Positions 26,565 through 35,722 of a stretch of 64,000 bases of DNA are shown here, piece after piece. The notes below the pieces were generated by a model. That model saw only the letters and a list, made by a program, of their open reading frames with translations. It was not told the DNA's origin and made no database searches. The DNA lies in contig OZ242351.1 in assembly GCA_965208675.1 (NCBI GenBank), positions 96,001 to 160,000 of the forward strand, given 5' to 3'. How positions within the stretch are numbered: position 1 is the first letter of the stretch; each line of letters starts with the position of its first letter. The translations under genes were made by a program, and so were the position numbers. This DNA is from Candidatus Poribacteria bacterium. GTDB lineage: Bacteria > Poribacteria > WGA-4E > PCPOR2b.

Positions 26565-27209
26565 TTAATCTCCTCCACCAAGGTAGGACCGCTCAATCCC
26601 CAAAATAATGCGGATTGATTGAGAAATAACACCGAGGCTGATACCAAGTATGATTCCTCTCCTGGACGAAAGGTTCGGATTATCCAAAATCCACTGCCGC
26701 GCCGTGGACGGCAGGTCATCTCCGAATGGAATTATCTTATTCCAGATAAAATCACCCACCGGCACATTCCCAATCATTACGATCAGCGCGGCTGCAAGTA
26801 GCAATGACGCTTCAAACGTACGTGCCCGGAAGGCGCGGTATGCCGCAGACGCTATAATGAAAGCCAGAAGCGAAAACATGGTTGCATCCATTGGAACTTG
26901 GACATTTTCAAACATCCACACGAATGCAGGGTGACGCTTCCCAAAGGGAATACCAATCACCACCATGGCAATCATTCCAATAAAAACTAGATAACTGTAT
27001 TGCCAATATTCGGCGCGGCGTCGAATACGAACCCAGTGTGTGTGGACAAGGGAGGCAACCGCTAACACGAGTGCAAATGGCCATATGATCAACGACCAAT
27101 CGATAATCTCTTTCCTGATTCCTTGAGATACAGGGTGTGGACTAAACTCGGCGAGCATCATCACAAGACCAAAAAAGAAGCATAGTGCCAACGGAACTTG
27201 TCGTCTCAT
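26565..27209 (-). CDS. Uncharacterised multi-TM membrane protein (gene 2)
   Basis: FSLLAFIIASAAYRAFRAR and RRGIILGISLG...IRIILGIER; GGAGG RBS. Confidence 0.8.
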   Translation of the reverse strand: MRRQVPLALCFFFGLVMMLAEFSPHPVSQGIRKEIIDWSLIIWPFALVLAVASLVHTHWVRIRRRAEYWQYSYLVFIGMIAMVVIGIPFGKRHPAFVWMFENVQVPMDATMFSLLAFIIASAAYRAFRARTFEASLLLAAALIVMIGNVPVGDFIWNKIIPFGDDLPSTARQWILDNPNLSSRRGIILGISLGVISQSIRIILGIERSYLGGGD

Positions 27210-27275
27210 TCCACCTCCATATCGAAAGCTTGCAACATAAAACGGATTGGGATATTGTGCGTACGGTAGAGATAA

Positions 27276-28442
27276 TCAGACTCGCTGAAAAAACGTGGTT
27301 ACCCACGTTATCCCGAAAAGTTCAAGAATGACTCCAACGATGAGGGCGCCAAAGATTATTAACTTTCCATAATCCTGCCCTCGTAAACTCCCGATCAACA
27401 TCGGCTCGCGTGACAAATACGCGCTTGCGGCGTACAATTCTTCCCCAATCAGCGTGTAGTCGCATGCAGCGATAAAGAACGGCAGTTGCGAGTCAGAGTC
27501 AGTGCCAGCTATTTGTATTGCACCAACAGAATTTCCAGTTTCGGCAAGAATTAGAGATTCCGCGTAGAATGTACCCTGCATGAATATGGCGGCGGGTTTT
27601 TCGCGAATCATCATCCCATCAACGCCAGCCGCATAAGCGAACTGACTTTCAGTTAAGAAAAAGATATCATCCTCCTGATACGCGTCCGGGCGGCCTTCGT
27701 TAACATATGCAGTTCTCACCATCTCACGAACGACGTTCAACACAATTGGATCGTTGCACGGTACCCGTAATGGCATTTCGTAGTCAGCGGTTTTCCGTGC
27801 AACTTGGCTGAGAATGTTCATGCTCGCAATTGTTGCGACGTCACTCACACTTCCCAAGCCCAATATGTACATAATTGGGCGTCCCATCTCGGTCGATCTC
27901 CCGATTGCCTCATCTACTGCCTCAAGCCCAGGAATGCGGCGGATGAATATTTCCTTCCCGCGGCGAGCATGGTAGATAGAGTAAACTACAGCAACCGAAA
28001 ACAGAATAAGCGCGAGGAAAATCCATTTTTTCCCGACGTGGAACCAGTTCCCAACCGCTTTCACAGGCGCTGTCTCTGCGGAATTTACTGCTGCTTCGGA
28101 AGCAGTGATAGCTTGGACGGTATATGTATAAGCAGGACCGCCTTTGGCGCTTTTATCGACATAACGTGTTTCACCCGCTTTGAGAGGGGATTTTGTAATC
28201 ACCTCAAACTCCGAGTCACCTGACTTGCGAAGGACGTGGTACCCGGTGACAGATTCTGAGCCCGCACCATCGTCGGGTGACTTATCCCATGTGATGGTAA
28301 TACTCGCTCCGTCATCATTGGGTGTATCGAATGCGCTAACGTTTTCCGGTGGCCCCGGCGGCTGCGAAAAACCGACACTACAGCCGAAAACTAGTATGAG
28401 AGCGTACACAACAAATTTTTGACGCATCTGTTCAAAATTCAT
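27276..28442 (-). CDS. Signal peptide, fibronectin type III domain, membrane domain (DUF6754-like from memory) (gene 1)
   Basis: FN3-like DTPNDDG...ITW...YHVLR...YTYTVQA; IRRIPGLEAVDEAIGRSTEMG; QLPFFIAACDYTLIGEELYAASAY. Confidence 0.8.
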   Translation of the reverse strand: MNFEQMRQKFVVYALILVFGCSVGFSQPPGPPENVSAFDTPNDDGASITITWDKSPDDGAGSESVTGYHVLRKSGDSEFEVITKSPLKAGETRYVDKSAKGGPAYTYTVQAITASEAAVNSAETAPVKAVGNWFHVGKKWIFLALILFSVAVVYSIYHARRGKEIFIRRIPGLEAVDEAIGRSTEMGRPIMYILGLGSVSDVATIASMNILSQVARKTADYEMPLRVPCNDPIVLNVVREMVRTAYVNEGRPDAYQEDDIFFLTESQFAYAAGVDGMMIREKPAAIFMQGTFYAESLILAETGNSVGAIQIAGTDSDSQLPFFIAACDYTLIGEELYAASAYLSREPMLIGSLRGQDYGKLIIFGALIVGVILELFGITWVTTFFQRV

Positions 28443-28580
28443 TCGCTTTCACAGCCTCCTAACGATTCCCATTGTGTCTCTGATTGTTGCCGCGGCAATT
28501 GGCTGCGTCCACCAATCTACCGATAAAACTGTCAACACCGCTGTATTCTAACACATTGGCGCCATCTTTCCAAGACCTAA

Positions 28581-29642
28581 TTAAACCCGCGGTGTCGGGA
28601 CACCAAACGAGGATGCTGTTTCAACTAGTTGATTCCATGTTTTCTCTTCAATTGGAATTCCGGATTTCAACCGTTCTTGCCGGCTTAGAATTTCGTATTC
28701 ACCCGGGGCATAGATGTCTTCAATGCCCGGCAACCGTGGGGACGATTTTACCCAATCAATTAGAGCTTCGATCTCCTCACAATATACTTCTATATCGATA
28801 AAGTCCTCTATTCGTATAGCAATCATAACGATACCGCTGGCACCGCGTGTCGGATTGGCTTGGCTGCATCCCGCCCATGAGAGGCCTCCAGCGATAGCAT
28901 CAATCATGAATCCCAGGCCGAAGCCTTTGTGGCCGAATTGGAAACCGCCGAGCGGCATAATCGCAGAACCGTCCGGGCAATCCCGTAGTACAGATGGATC
29001 AGTTACGGCGTTCCCGTCCCGATCAATCATCCATCCCTCCGGCATTTTTTCATTCCGTGCTGCCTTGAGGAGAACCTTACCGCCCGCCACAACAGTAGTT
29101 GTCATATCGAGTGATAATGGTTCACCACTTTTGCGGGGAACAGCAATGGCAATCGGATTGGGAGGCAATCGCCGAGCGGAACCGCCAAATGCGTGCATCA
29201 ATTGACCGCCGCCATTCAGCAGTACGATGCCAATCATCCCCTCCCTTGCAGCTCTCGGCGGATAATCTCCCATGCGGCCAGCATGCCCGCAGCCGTGCAG
29301 CCCAATGGCGCCAATCGTGTTCGTTCTTGCTTTTTCTATTGCGAGTGCCATCCCCTTGCACGCCGCTACCATCCCAAGCGCCCCGTTCGCATCAATAACG
29401 GCACTCGCCGGTGTCTCGCGAACAATCTCCAACTTATTCGCAGATGCGCCGCCTAGCATTTCATTGACATAAGTAGGGGCGTTAATTACGCCGTGAGAGT
29501 CGTGTCCTGCAAGATTAGAGTCTACAACGTGGTCGCTGACGATTCGGGCATCTTCCTCAACACCGCCCGCCGCAATGTACATATCATTTACAAATTTCCT
29601 GAGAACATTATGTTGAATTACATGCATGAATTTCCTCTTCAC
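28581..29642 (-). CDS. Ldh_2 (malate/L-lactate/sulfolactate dehydrogenase) family oxidoreductase
   Basis: GHDSHG, HAGRMG, NPIA, LDMTT, GHKGFGL. Confidence 0.9.
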   Translation of the reverse strand: MKRKFMHVIQHNVLRKFVNDMYIAAGGVEEDARIVSDHVVDSNLAGHDSHGVINAPTYVNEMLGGASANKLEIVRETPASAVIDANGALGMVAACKGMALAIEKARTNTIGAIGLHGCGHAGRMGDYPPRAAREGMIGIVLLNGGGQLMHAFGGSARRLPPNPIAIAVPRKSGEPLSLDMTTTVVAGGKVLLKAARNEKMPEGWMIDRDGNAVTDPSVLRDCPDGSAIMPLGGFQFGHKGFGLGFMIDAIAGGLSWAGCSQANPTRGASGIVMIAIRIEDFIDIEVYCEEIEALIDWVKSSPRLPGIEDIYAPGEYEILSRQERLKSGIPIEEKTWNQLVETASSFGVPTPRV

Positions 29643-29691
29643 TAATACTCAGTACCCCGCAAAATCATCTATGCAAGGTCATTATGATTCG

Positions 29692-30774
29692 TTACGCATC
29701 ATATTTCGGCTGGTTGGCTCCACGGTTTCTTTGCAGTCGCAACTTGCATTCCTTTAACGGAATATCTACCCGAGCGCCATTTTGCAGATGCGATTCCATG
29801 AACGCAAAGATTAACTCTGTGCTTGCGTGTGCTACCCGCACACCGCCGCGCGTCGGTTCGCCGGTATCTAAAGCGTGAACCAAATCCTTAATGAGATTCG
29901 CCGTGCTGCTTGTGTTTTCAAATTCGGGAAATCGCTCAAGTGCAAAACTAGCGCCCCATCCGGGAATATTTGTTTGGCGGCGCAAATTCCACCGCCAGCC
30001 GTTGTTGAAACACGCGAGACTGCCTCTTTCACAAATGGCTTCCCATTCGCTCGAACGCGGCGATAAAAGCGCGTAACCCGTTACGCCGTTTTGGAACTGA
30101 ATCATTCCGTGAGCTACAGGATCTTCACGCACAATATCACCGTCGAATACCCCTTCGCTATTGGGGACATGTGCCGACACCCATGACGCAGGCACATCAG
30201 AATTTAATCGAAGGATCAGATCAAAGTTATGACTGGCGGTGTTGAAAAGGGTTCCATTAGCGTAGACAATCAAAGTTTTGAGCGAGCCTAACTCGCCGCT
30301 GTCGATGATTTCTTTCATTGTGTCGAAGCCCACATCCCAACGGCGGTTTGTACCCAAGTTAAAAAAGACACCGTTGCGTTCAACGGATTCTACCATCGCC
30401 TCCGCTTCGTCCATTGAGGCAGCCATTGCCTTTTCAGCGTAGATTGCTTTTACATTGTGTTCAGCAGCATGGATGACGATTTCTGCACGTTGTTCCGGCT
30501 GCGTCGCGATACTCACGATATCGGGTTGTTCCTTCTTGATTAACTCTCGGTAATCGATATATTGCCGTTTTTTTGGCACTTCGTACCGCGTCCCGAATAC
30601 CGCCATAACTTCAGCGCGAAGATCCGAGCAGGCGATAAGGTCAATTCGCTCTTCCGCGTAGAAACCCGCTGCGTGCGAATACGGTAGTGCAATCCCGCAG
30701 TTGCCGATAACTTCGTTGTCAATGAATGCTCCCATTCGGCTACAGCCAATTACAGCAGCACGGTATGTTTTCAT
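29692..30774 (-). CDS. Gfo/Idh/MocA family oxidoreductase
   Basis: AAVIGCSRMG, PDIVSIAT, AEKAMA. Confidence 0.9.
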   Translation of the reverse strand: MKTYRAAVIGCSRMGAFIDNEVIGNCGIALPYSHAAGFYAEERIDLIACSDLRAEVMAVFGTRYEVPKKRQYIDYRELIKKEQPDIVSIATQPEQRAEIVIHAAEHNVKAIYAEKAMAASMDEAEAMVESVERNGVFFNLGTNRRWDVGFDTMKEIIDSGELGSLKTLIVYANGTLFNTASHNFDLILRLNSDVPASWVSAHVPNSEGVFDGDIVREDPVAHGMIQFQNGVTGYALLSPRSSEWEAICERGSLACFNNGWRWNLRRQTNIPGWGASFALERFPEFENTSSTANLIKDLVHALDTGEPTRGGVRVAHASTELIFAFMESHLQNGARVDIPLKECKLRLQRNRGANQPKYDA

Positions 30775-30828
30775 AATCTAAACTCCTATACCTCGAACTT
30801 GAGCACGAGTTTAAAAATTTTACCTGAT

Positions 30829-31944
30829 TTACACAAGTGCCTCACCTGTTTCGTTGTCAAAAAGATGTATCCGTTCAGGAACGAAACTCATCCAAATCTT
30901 CTGTCCATTCCGGACTTCATGGGTAGGAGCTGTACGGGCTTTTACGATAACATCTGTACCTTCTTCATTTTTTCCAAGCAATATATCAACAATAGTTTCG
31001 GCGCCGAGAGGTTCAAAGCCATAGACCTCCGCAGCGATGCTGCCTTCATCCTGTTCGGAACTTACCACCACATCCTCTGGATGCACTCCCAAAATTAGCT
31101 TGCTACTCACACTAGACTCGATCAGATCGTGAGCAATCCGCTTATCTTTAATCTCAATCTGGGGTTTTCCAATTAGTGTCAATACTGTACTCTCATCAAC
31201 GATAGCAAAATTACAAGGGATTAGGTTTATGCTGGGATTGCCAATAAAGTTCGCGACGAGAATATTGGCCGGTGATTGATAAATGTCTGTTGGCGTACCG
31301 ACTTGCTGGATGCATCCCCGGTCTAACACCGCGATTCGATCTGCCATCGACATGGCTTCAATCTGATCATGCGTAACATATAACGTAGTTGCCTTTAGTT
31401 GACGCTGCCGCCACTTAATTTCCGCCCGCATCTCGGCGCGAAGTTTTGCATCAAGATTAGAAATTGGTTCGTCCATTAGAAAAAGCCGCGGGTGCCGCAC
31501 CATGGCGCGGCCTAGCCCAACGCGCTGCGTTTCACCGCCGCTAAGTTGATTCGGTTTGCGCTGCAGGAGGTGCCCGATGTGCAACATCTCGGCAATGTCG
31601 TTCACCCGACGATTGATTTCTTCTTCCGGCATTTCACGTGGATACAGCGGGAATGCCATGTTCTGGTAGACCGTCAGATGCGGGTAGAGTATGTGCGATT
31701 GAAACACAAAGGCGACATCTCGTTCAGCCGGGATAAAATCGTTGATTCGCTCACCATCAAAATAGATTGAACCCTCATCGGGGCGGTCAAGTCCAGCGAT
31801 GCACCGCAGTGAGGTCGTCTTACCTGCTCCCGTTTGACCAAGTAACACGAAGAATTCCTCGTTTTTTATCTCTAAATTGATGTTGTCAAGGGCTACAACT
31901 TCATCAAATCGTTTCGTGAGGTTTTCCAGTTTAACGGCTGTCAT
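30829..31944 (-). CDS. Sugar ABC transporter ATPase (MalK-like, TOBE domain)
   Basis: GQTGAGKT, LSGGETQR, MDEPISNLD, VTHDQ. Confidence 0.94.
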   Translation of the reverse strand: MTAVKLENLTKRFDEVVALDNINLEIKNEEFFVLLGQTGAGKTTSLRCIAGLDRPDEGSIYFDGERINDFIPAERDVAFVFQSHILYPHLTVYQNMAFPLYPREMPEEEINRRVNDIAEMLHIGHLLQRKPNQLSGGETQRVGLGRAMVRHPRLFLMDEPISNLDAKLRAEMRAEIKWRQRQLKATTLYVTHDQIEAMSMADRIAVLDRGCIQQVGTPTDIYQSPANILVANFIGNPSINLIPCNFAIVDESTVLTLIGKPQIEIKDKRIAHDLIESSVSSKLILGVHPEDVVVSSEQDEGSIAAEVYGFEPLGAETIVDILLGKNEEGTDVIVKARTAPTHEVRNGQKIWMSFVPERIHLFDNETGEALV

Positions 31945-32001
31945 AGGACGATTGTAGAGAAACAGGGACATTTACAAACGACAATATGCTCAATTATGAA
32001 T

Positions 32002-33219
32002 CTACTTTTTCACTGCTCCGAACGTAACGCCGCGAAGGAGATGCGCCCGCATAAGGAACGTGAAAATCGCAACGGGCAACAGAAACACAAAGGTCTTTGC
32101 CGCAATCTGCCCCCACTCTATGCCGCCAGAACCAATTTCGCTCGGTATTGAAGGTGGTGCCGTTACTGCTTTTCCGCCAACTTCCGTCAAGACTAGCGCA
32201 AACACAAACTCATTCCACGCGGTGATTAAACAGAAGACCGCCGTGGCAGCGATACCTGTCACGGATTGTGGGAGAACAACCTTGACAAAAGTTTGAAAGC
32301 GAGTATACCCGTCGACAAGTGCGGCGTCTTCATACTCTTTCGGGATTTCATCAATGAAGCCTTTCATCAGCCAAACAGCGAAGGAGACGTTAAAAGTTGT
32401 ATAAAGTAGGATGAGTCCAAAGTGAGTATCGCGCAACCCCAGCGCACTGTACATCAGATAAATCGGGATGACCACAACCACGGGCGGAAGCATGCGGGTA
32501 CTCAGAATAAAGAAGAGCAAATCTTCTTTTCCCGCTACCTTAAACCGTGAAAAAGCATAAGCCGACAATGTGCCTAACGAAACGGCGAGTAGAGTGCTAG
32601 CAAATCCAATGATGATACTATTCGACAGTTGATGGAAAAATTTTGATCCGCTGTAGGCAAGCGACAAGCAAACTGCAATGACTGACAGGATGACATGGCT
32701 AATAAAAGAATACCGAATTAGTTTGAGGTCTGTTCTCTTTTTCGGAGAGATCAACAGGTAAGCGGCGACGCCGTAGATAATTAGCATCAGGAAGTTATAG
32801 CGGAGTGTGGCTACAAACGCATACATGCAGGTTAAAACCAGCACCCCGCTCCAAATATGCGTGAACCGGAACATGAGTGCCTTACTTCGAACAAGTGGGA
32901 GAAGGCACAATATTCCCACAAAAGCCTGTGTTACAAAAATATACGTGAGGATTTCCACTTCAGCCGGCATCAAAGCTTGATAATGATCTGACGTCCATTC
33001 AAATAGTAACAATTTTGGCGTTTTGTCATGAATATCGCCCGATGCCTTCAATGAGGTGGTCACGATCCAGTAGATCGGGATCAAATAGACAATAGCAGCT
33101 ATCGCTATCAGAACCAGCGCTGTGTGATGCCGCAGTCTTTTGCGCCTTGCTCCGTGCGATCGGATTTTGGGGCTTTTAATGCCGTCCCGCGGAATTTCAC
33201 CTCCCGCAATTCGAGACAT
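32002..33219 (-). CDS. Carbohydrate ABC permease (MalG-like) with an internal hydrophobic insertion
   Basis: EYEDAALVDG EAA motif, WNEFVFAL; 405 aa. Confidence 0.9.
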   Translation of the reverse strand: MSRIAGGEIPRDGIKSPKIRSHGARRKRLRHHTALVLIAIAAIVYLIPIYWIVTTSLKASGDIHDKTPKLLLFEWTSDHYQALMPAEVEILTYIFVTQAFVGILCLLPLVRSKALMFRFTHIWSGVLVLTCMYAFVATLRYNFLMLIIYGVAAYLLISPKKRTDLKLIRYSFISHVILSVIAVCLSLAYSGSKFFHQLSNSIIIGFASTLLAVSLGTLSAYAFSRFKVAGKEDLLFFILSTRMLPPVVVVIPIYLMYSALGLRDTHFGLILLYTTFNVSFAVWLMKGFIDEIPKEYEDAALVDGYTRFQTFVKVVLPQSVTGIAATAVFCLITAWNEFVFALVLTEVGGKAVTAPPSIPSEIGSGGIEWGQIAAKTFVFLLPVAIFTFLMRAHLLRGVTFGAVKK

Positions 33220-33220
33220 T

Positions 33221-34135
33221 TTATGCCTCCCGCAATCGGTTCAGATATTTAACATAGATGTTGCTGAGTGCCACAATGACAATTAAAAGAATGTATGCCA
33301 TAGCACACGCTTTTCCTGTGTTGTAGCTTCGAAACGCCAACCTGTATAAATTCATCGAAACAGTCTCGGTCGCGGTGCCCGGTCCCCCTTCATGCGTGAG
33401 CACATAAACGATGTCAAACATTTTGAAAGCGTCCATCGTGCGAAACAGCAGGGCAATTAGGAGAAGTGGGGACACCAACGGTAAGGTAATTTGACGAAAT
33501 TTGAACCAGCCGGATGCGCGATCCACGTCCGCTGCTTCATAGAGGTATTTTGGGACAGCCGAGAGTCCGGCTAAAGAGATAAGCATCATAAATGGCGACC
33601 ACATCCACGTATCGACAATAACAACAGCAATCATCGCCATGTTTGGACTTGTTGTCCAAGGAATCGAATCGCGGTTTAAAGCGTTCAGGAGTGGGCTTAG
33701 AAAATAGTTGACCAATCCTGAAGCATCAGAGGCCAAAATGAAGCGCCAGAACAACCCGACAACTACGGGGGAGAGCATCATCGGAAGGAGAATCAGCGTT
33801 GTCACGAAACCCTTATATCTAAATTTGCGGTTAAGCAACAGTGCCAGCCCGAATCCGATGATAAATTGCGCCGTAACCGCGAGCACGACAAAATAAGCAG
33901 TCGTTCGGAAATACTCCCATATTTCGGGATCTGAGAGCAATTGCGCGTAGTTGCGAACGCCGATGAATTTTGGGAGGCGATTGGGAAGTGAAGCCTTATA
34001 ACGATGAAAACTTAGATATAACGACCACAGAAGCGGGAATATATTCATCAAGATGAGCAATATCATCGTTGGCATGATAAACGCCATCTTGATTTGATAA
34101 TCGCTCAATCCACGAGCAAAACGAAGTTTTTGCAT
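33221..34135 (-). CDS. Carbohydrate ABC permease (MalF/UgpA-like)
   Basis: LYEAADVDRA, DAFKMFD, GGPG. Confidence 0.93.
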   Translation of the reverse strand: MQKLRFARGLSDYQIKMAFIMPTMILLILMNIFPLLWSLYLSFHRYKASLPNRLPKFIGVRNYAQLLSDPEIWEYFRTTAYFVVLAVTAQFIIGFGLALLLNRKFRYKGFVTTLILLPMMLSPVVVGLFWRFILASDASGLVNYFLSPLLNALNRDSIPWTTSPNMAMIAVVIVDTWMWSPFMMLISLAGLSAVPKYLYEAADVDRASGWFKFRQITLPLVSPLLLIALLFRTMDAFKMFDIVYVLTHEGGPGTATETVSMNLYRLAFRSYNTGKACAMAYILLIVIVALSNIYVKYLNRLREA

Positions 34136-34168
34136 AGATTCTATTGTGCAAATCAGTCAAGACGTAAA

Positions 34169-35485
34169 TTACTCGTCGTAGTAGCCCGCTTCTTCAAAAA
34201 TATGTTCATGTTTCCGGGCAATCTGATCCAAAGCCGCTTTTGGCAATTTAGCGCCGACAATCACCGCGTTCCAGTTTGTTTGGCATACTTCTAGAAGGTC
34301 TGCGTACTCAGGCACTGCCCAGAAGTCCTTTAGGTAAGGCATGCTATCTGAAAACTCCTGATTGAACGGGGTTGCGTTCAGGAAAGTTTCCGACTGTAAA
34401 ACCTCCCTATGCGGTGTGAAACCGCCGAGCATTGCCCATTTTTCCTGTACCGCTTTCTGAATAAACCATTTCATGTACTGTTTAGCGACCGATTTGTTCT
34501 TCGAATAAGAAGAAATAGACATCCCTTGACCGCCGATGCTGATGCAGTGACCTTTAGGGCCTTTCGGCGCGATAAAGAAACCCGTCTTATCGTAATACTT
34601 TGGATTCTGCTTCGGATCAATCGCTCCGGCGAAAAAGGCAAAATAATTCATAGCCATTGCGACCTTCCCTGCCTTATAGGCATCTAAAACCTGCTGCCAA
34701 TAGTAATTCGGTGCATCGGGAGGGGCGAACTTTATGAGTCGCGCGTAATATTCCAACGCCTTCACGGAATCTTCGTTGTTAATATAACCGTCGACCCTGT
34801 ACGTGTGCGGGTCGCCGTAAGACCCGCCAAACGACCACATCACCTGCTGGAACCCCATGGTGATGCCGTCGTATTCTTTACTGAAGTATGCCGCAATCCC
34901 GTAGAGATCTGGAGCTCGAGTGAAGAATTCGGCAATATCGCGCAGTTCCTTGTATGTTGCCGGCGGGGCTAACGCATATCCGTATTTGGCTTCGAACGCC
35001 GCTTGTTCCTTCGAATCTTCAAATAGGTCTTTTCGGTACATAAATCCGTTGATGTCCACTTGCGCAGGAAGCGCCCAATATTTCTTGCTCCCTTTCGGAT
35101 ACTCTGCAAAGGCTGTCACTGCTGTATCGGAAATCGAACTGACATCAATGTTGCCATTCATCCACTCCGTCAGCTCAATGTAATGTCCACCAACAGAGTT
35201 TCTGCCAAGCCACTGGCTATCGCCAATGACAATATCATAGAGATCGCTCTTTCCAACAAACGCGGCAGAAATCTTCTCCTGAAAACTCCCCCACGGAATT
35301 TGAACTACGTTGACCGCAATCCCCGTTTCTGCCGTAAAATCCTTTGATAGCTCATCAAGATAGTCCGCGGGCGCCCATTCTGCCCAAACGACGGTCAACG
35401 GTTTTTGTGCATTTGTCGAGGGGGCGAGCAAAATTATAGCGCTTATGGCAACTACGAAAATATAGATGTGTGATTTTTTCATCAA
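34169..35485 (-). CDS. Sugar ABC transporter substrate-binding protein
   Basis: Signal peptide; FTAETGIAVNV, MYRKDLF, IGGQG. Confidence 0.92.
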   Translation of the reverse strand: MMKKSHIYIFVVAISAIILLAPSTNAQKPLTVVWAEWAPADYLDELSKDFTAETGIAVNVVQIPWGSFQEKISAAFVGKSDLYDIVIGDSQWLGRNSVGGHYIELTEWMNGNIDVSSISDTAVTAFAEYPKGSKKYWALPAQVDINGFMYRKDLFEDSKEQAAFEAKYGYALAPPATYKELRDIAEFFTRAPDLYGIAAYFSKEYDGITMGFQQVMWSFGGSYGDPHTYRVDGYINNEDSVKALEYYARLIKFAPPDAPNYYWQQVLDAYKAGKVAMAMNYFAFFAGAIDPKQNPKYYDKTGFFIAPKGPKGHCISIGGQGMSISSYSKNKSVAKQYMKWFIQKAVQEKWAMLGGFTPHREVLQSETFLNATPFNQEFSDSMPYLKDFWAVPEYADLLEVCQTNWNAVIVGAKLPKAALDQIARKHEHIFEEAGYYDE

Positions 35486-35722
35486 TCTCCTCCTAAATTA
35501 GTCGTTGAGGTAAAGCAGTTCAGAAATAAAAACTAAGGAAACTGCCGTGCGGGGTTATAACAATTCGTCATCTAACATTAGATTTTTCTGATCAAAATTG
35601 GACCAATGCCTGAGAATATTCGAGCGTACAAAAGGGTGCAATGCGTGCCGAGAAAATGTTAACGTGCAGCGCATTGGTTAGGTCTTTCGCTGCATTTGCT
35701 CAACGGGATATTATCACGATTT

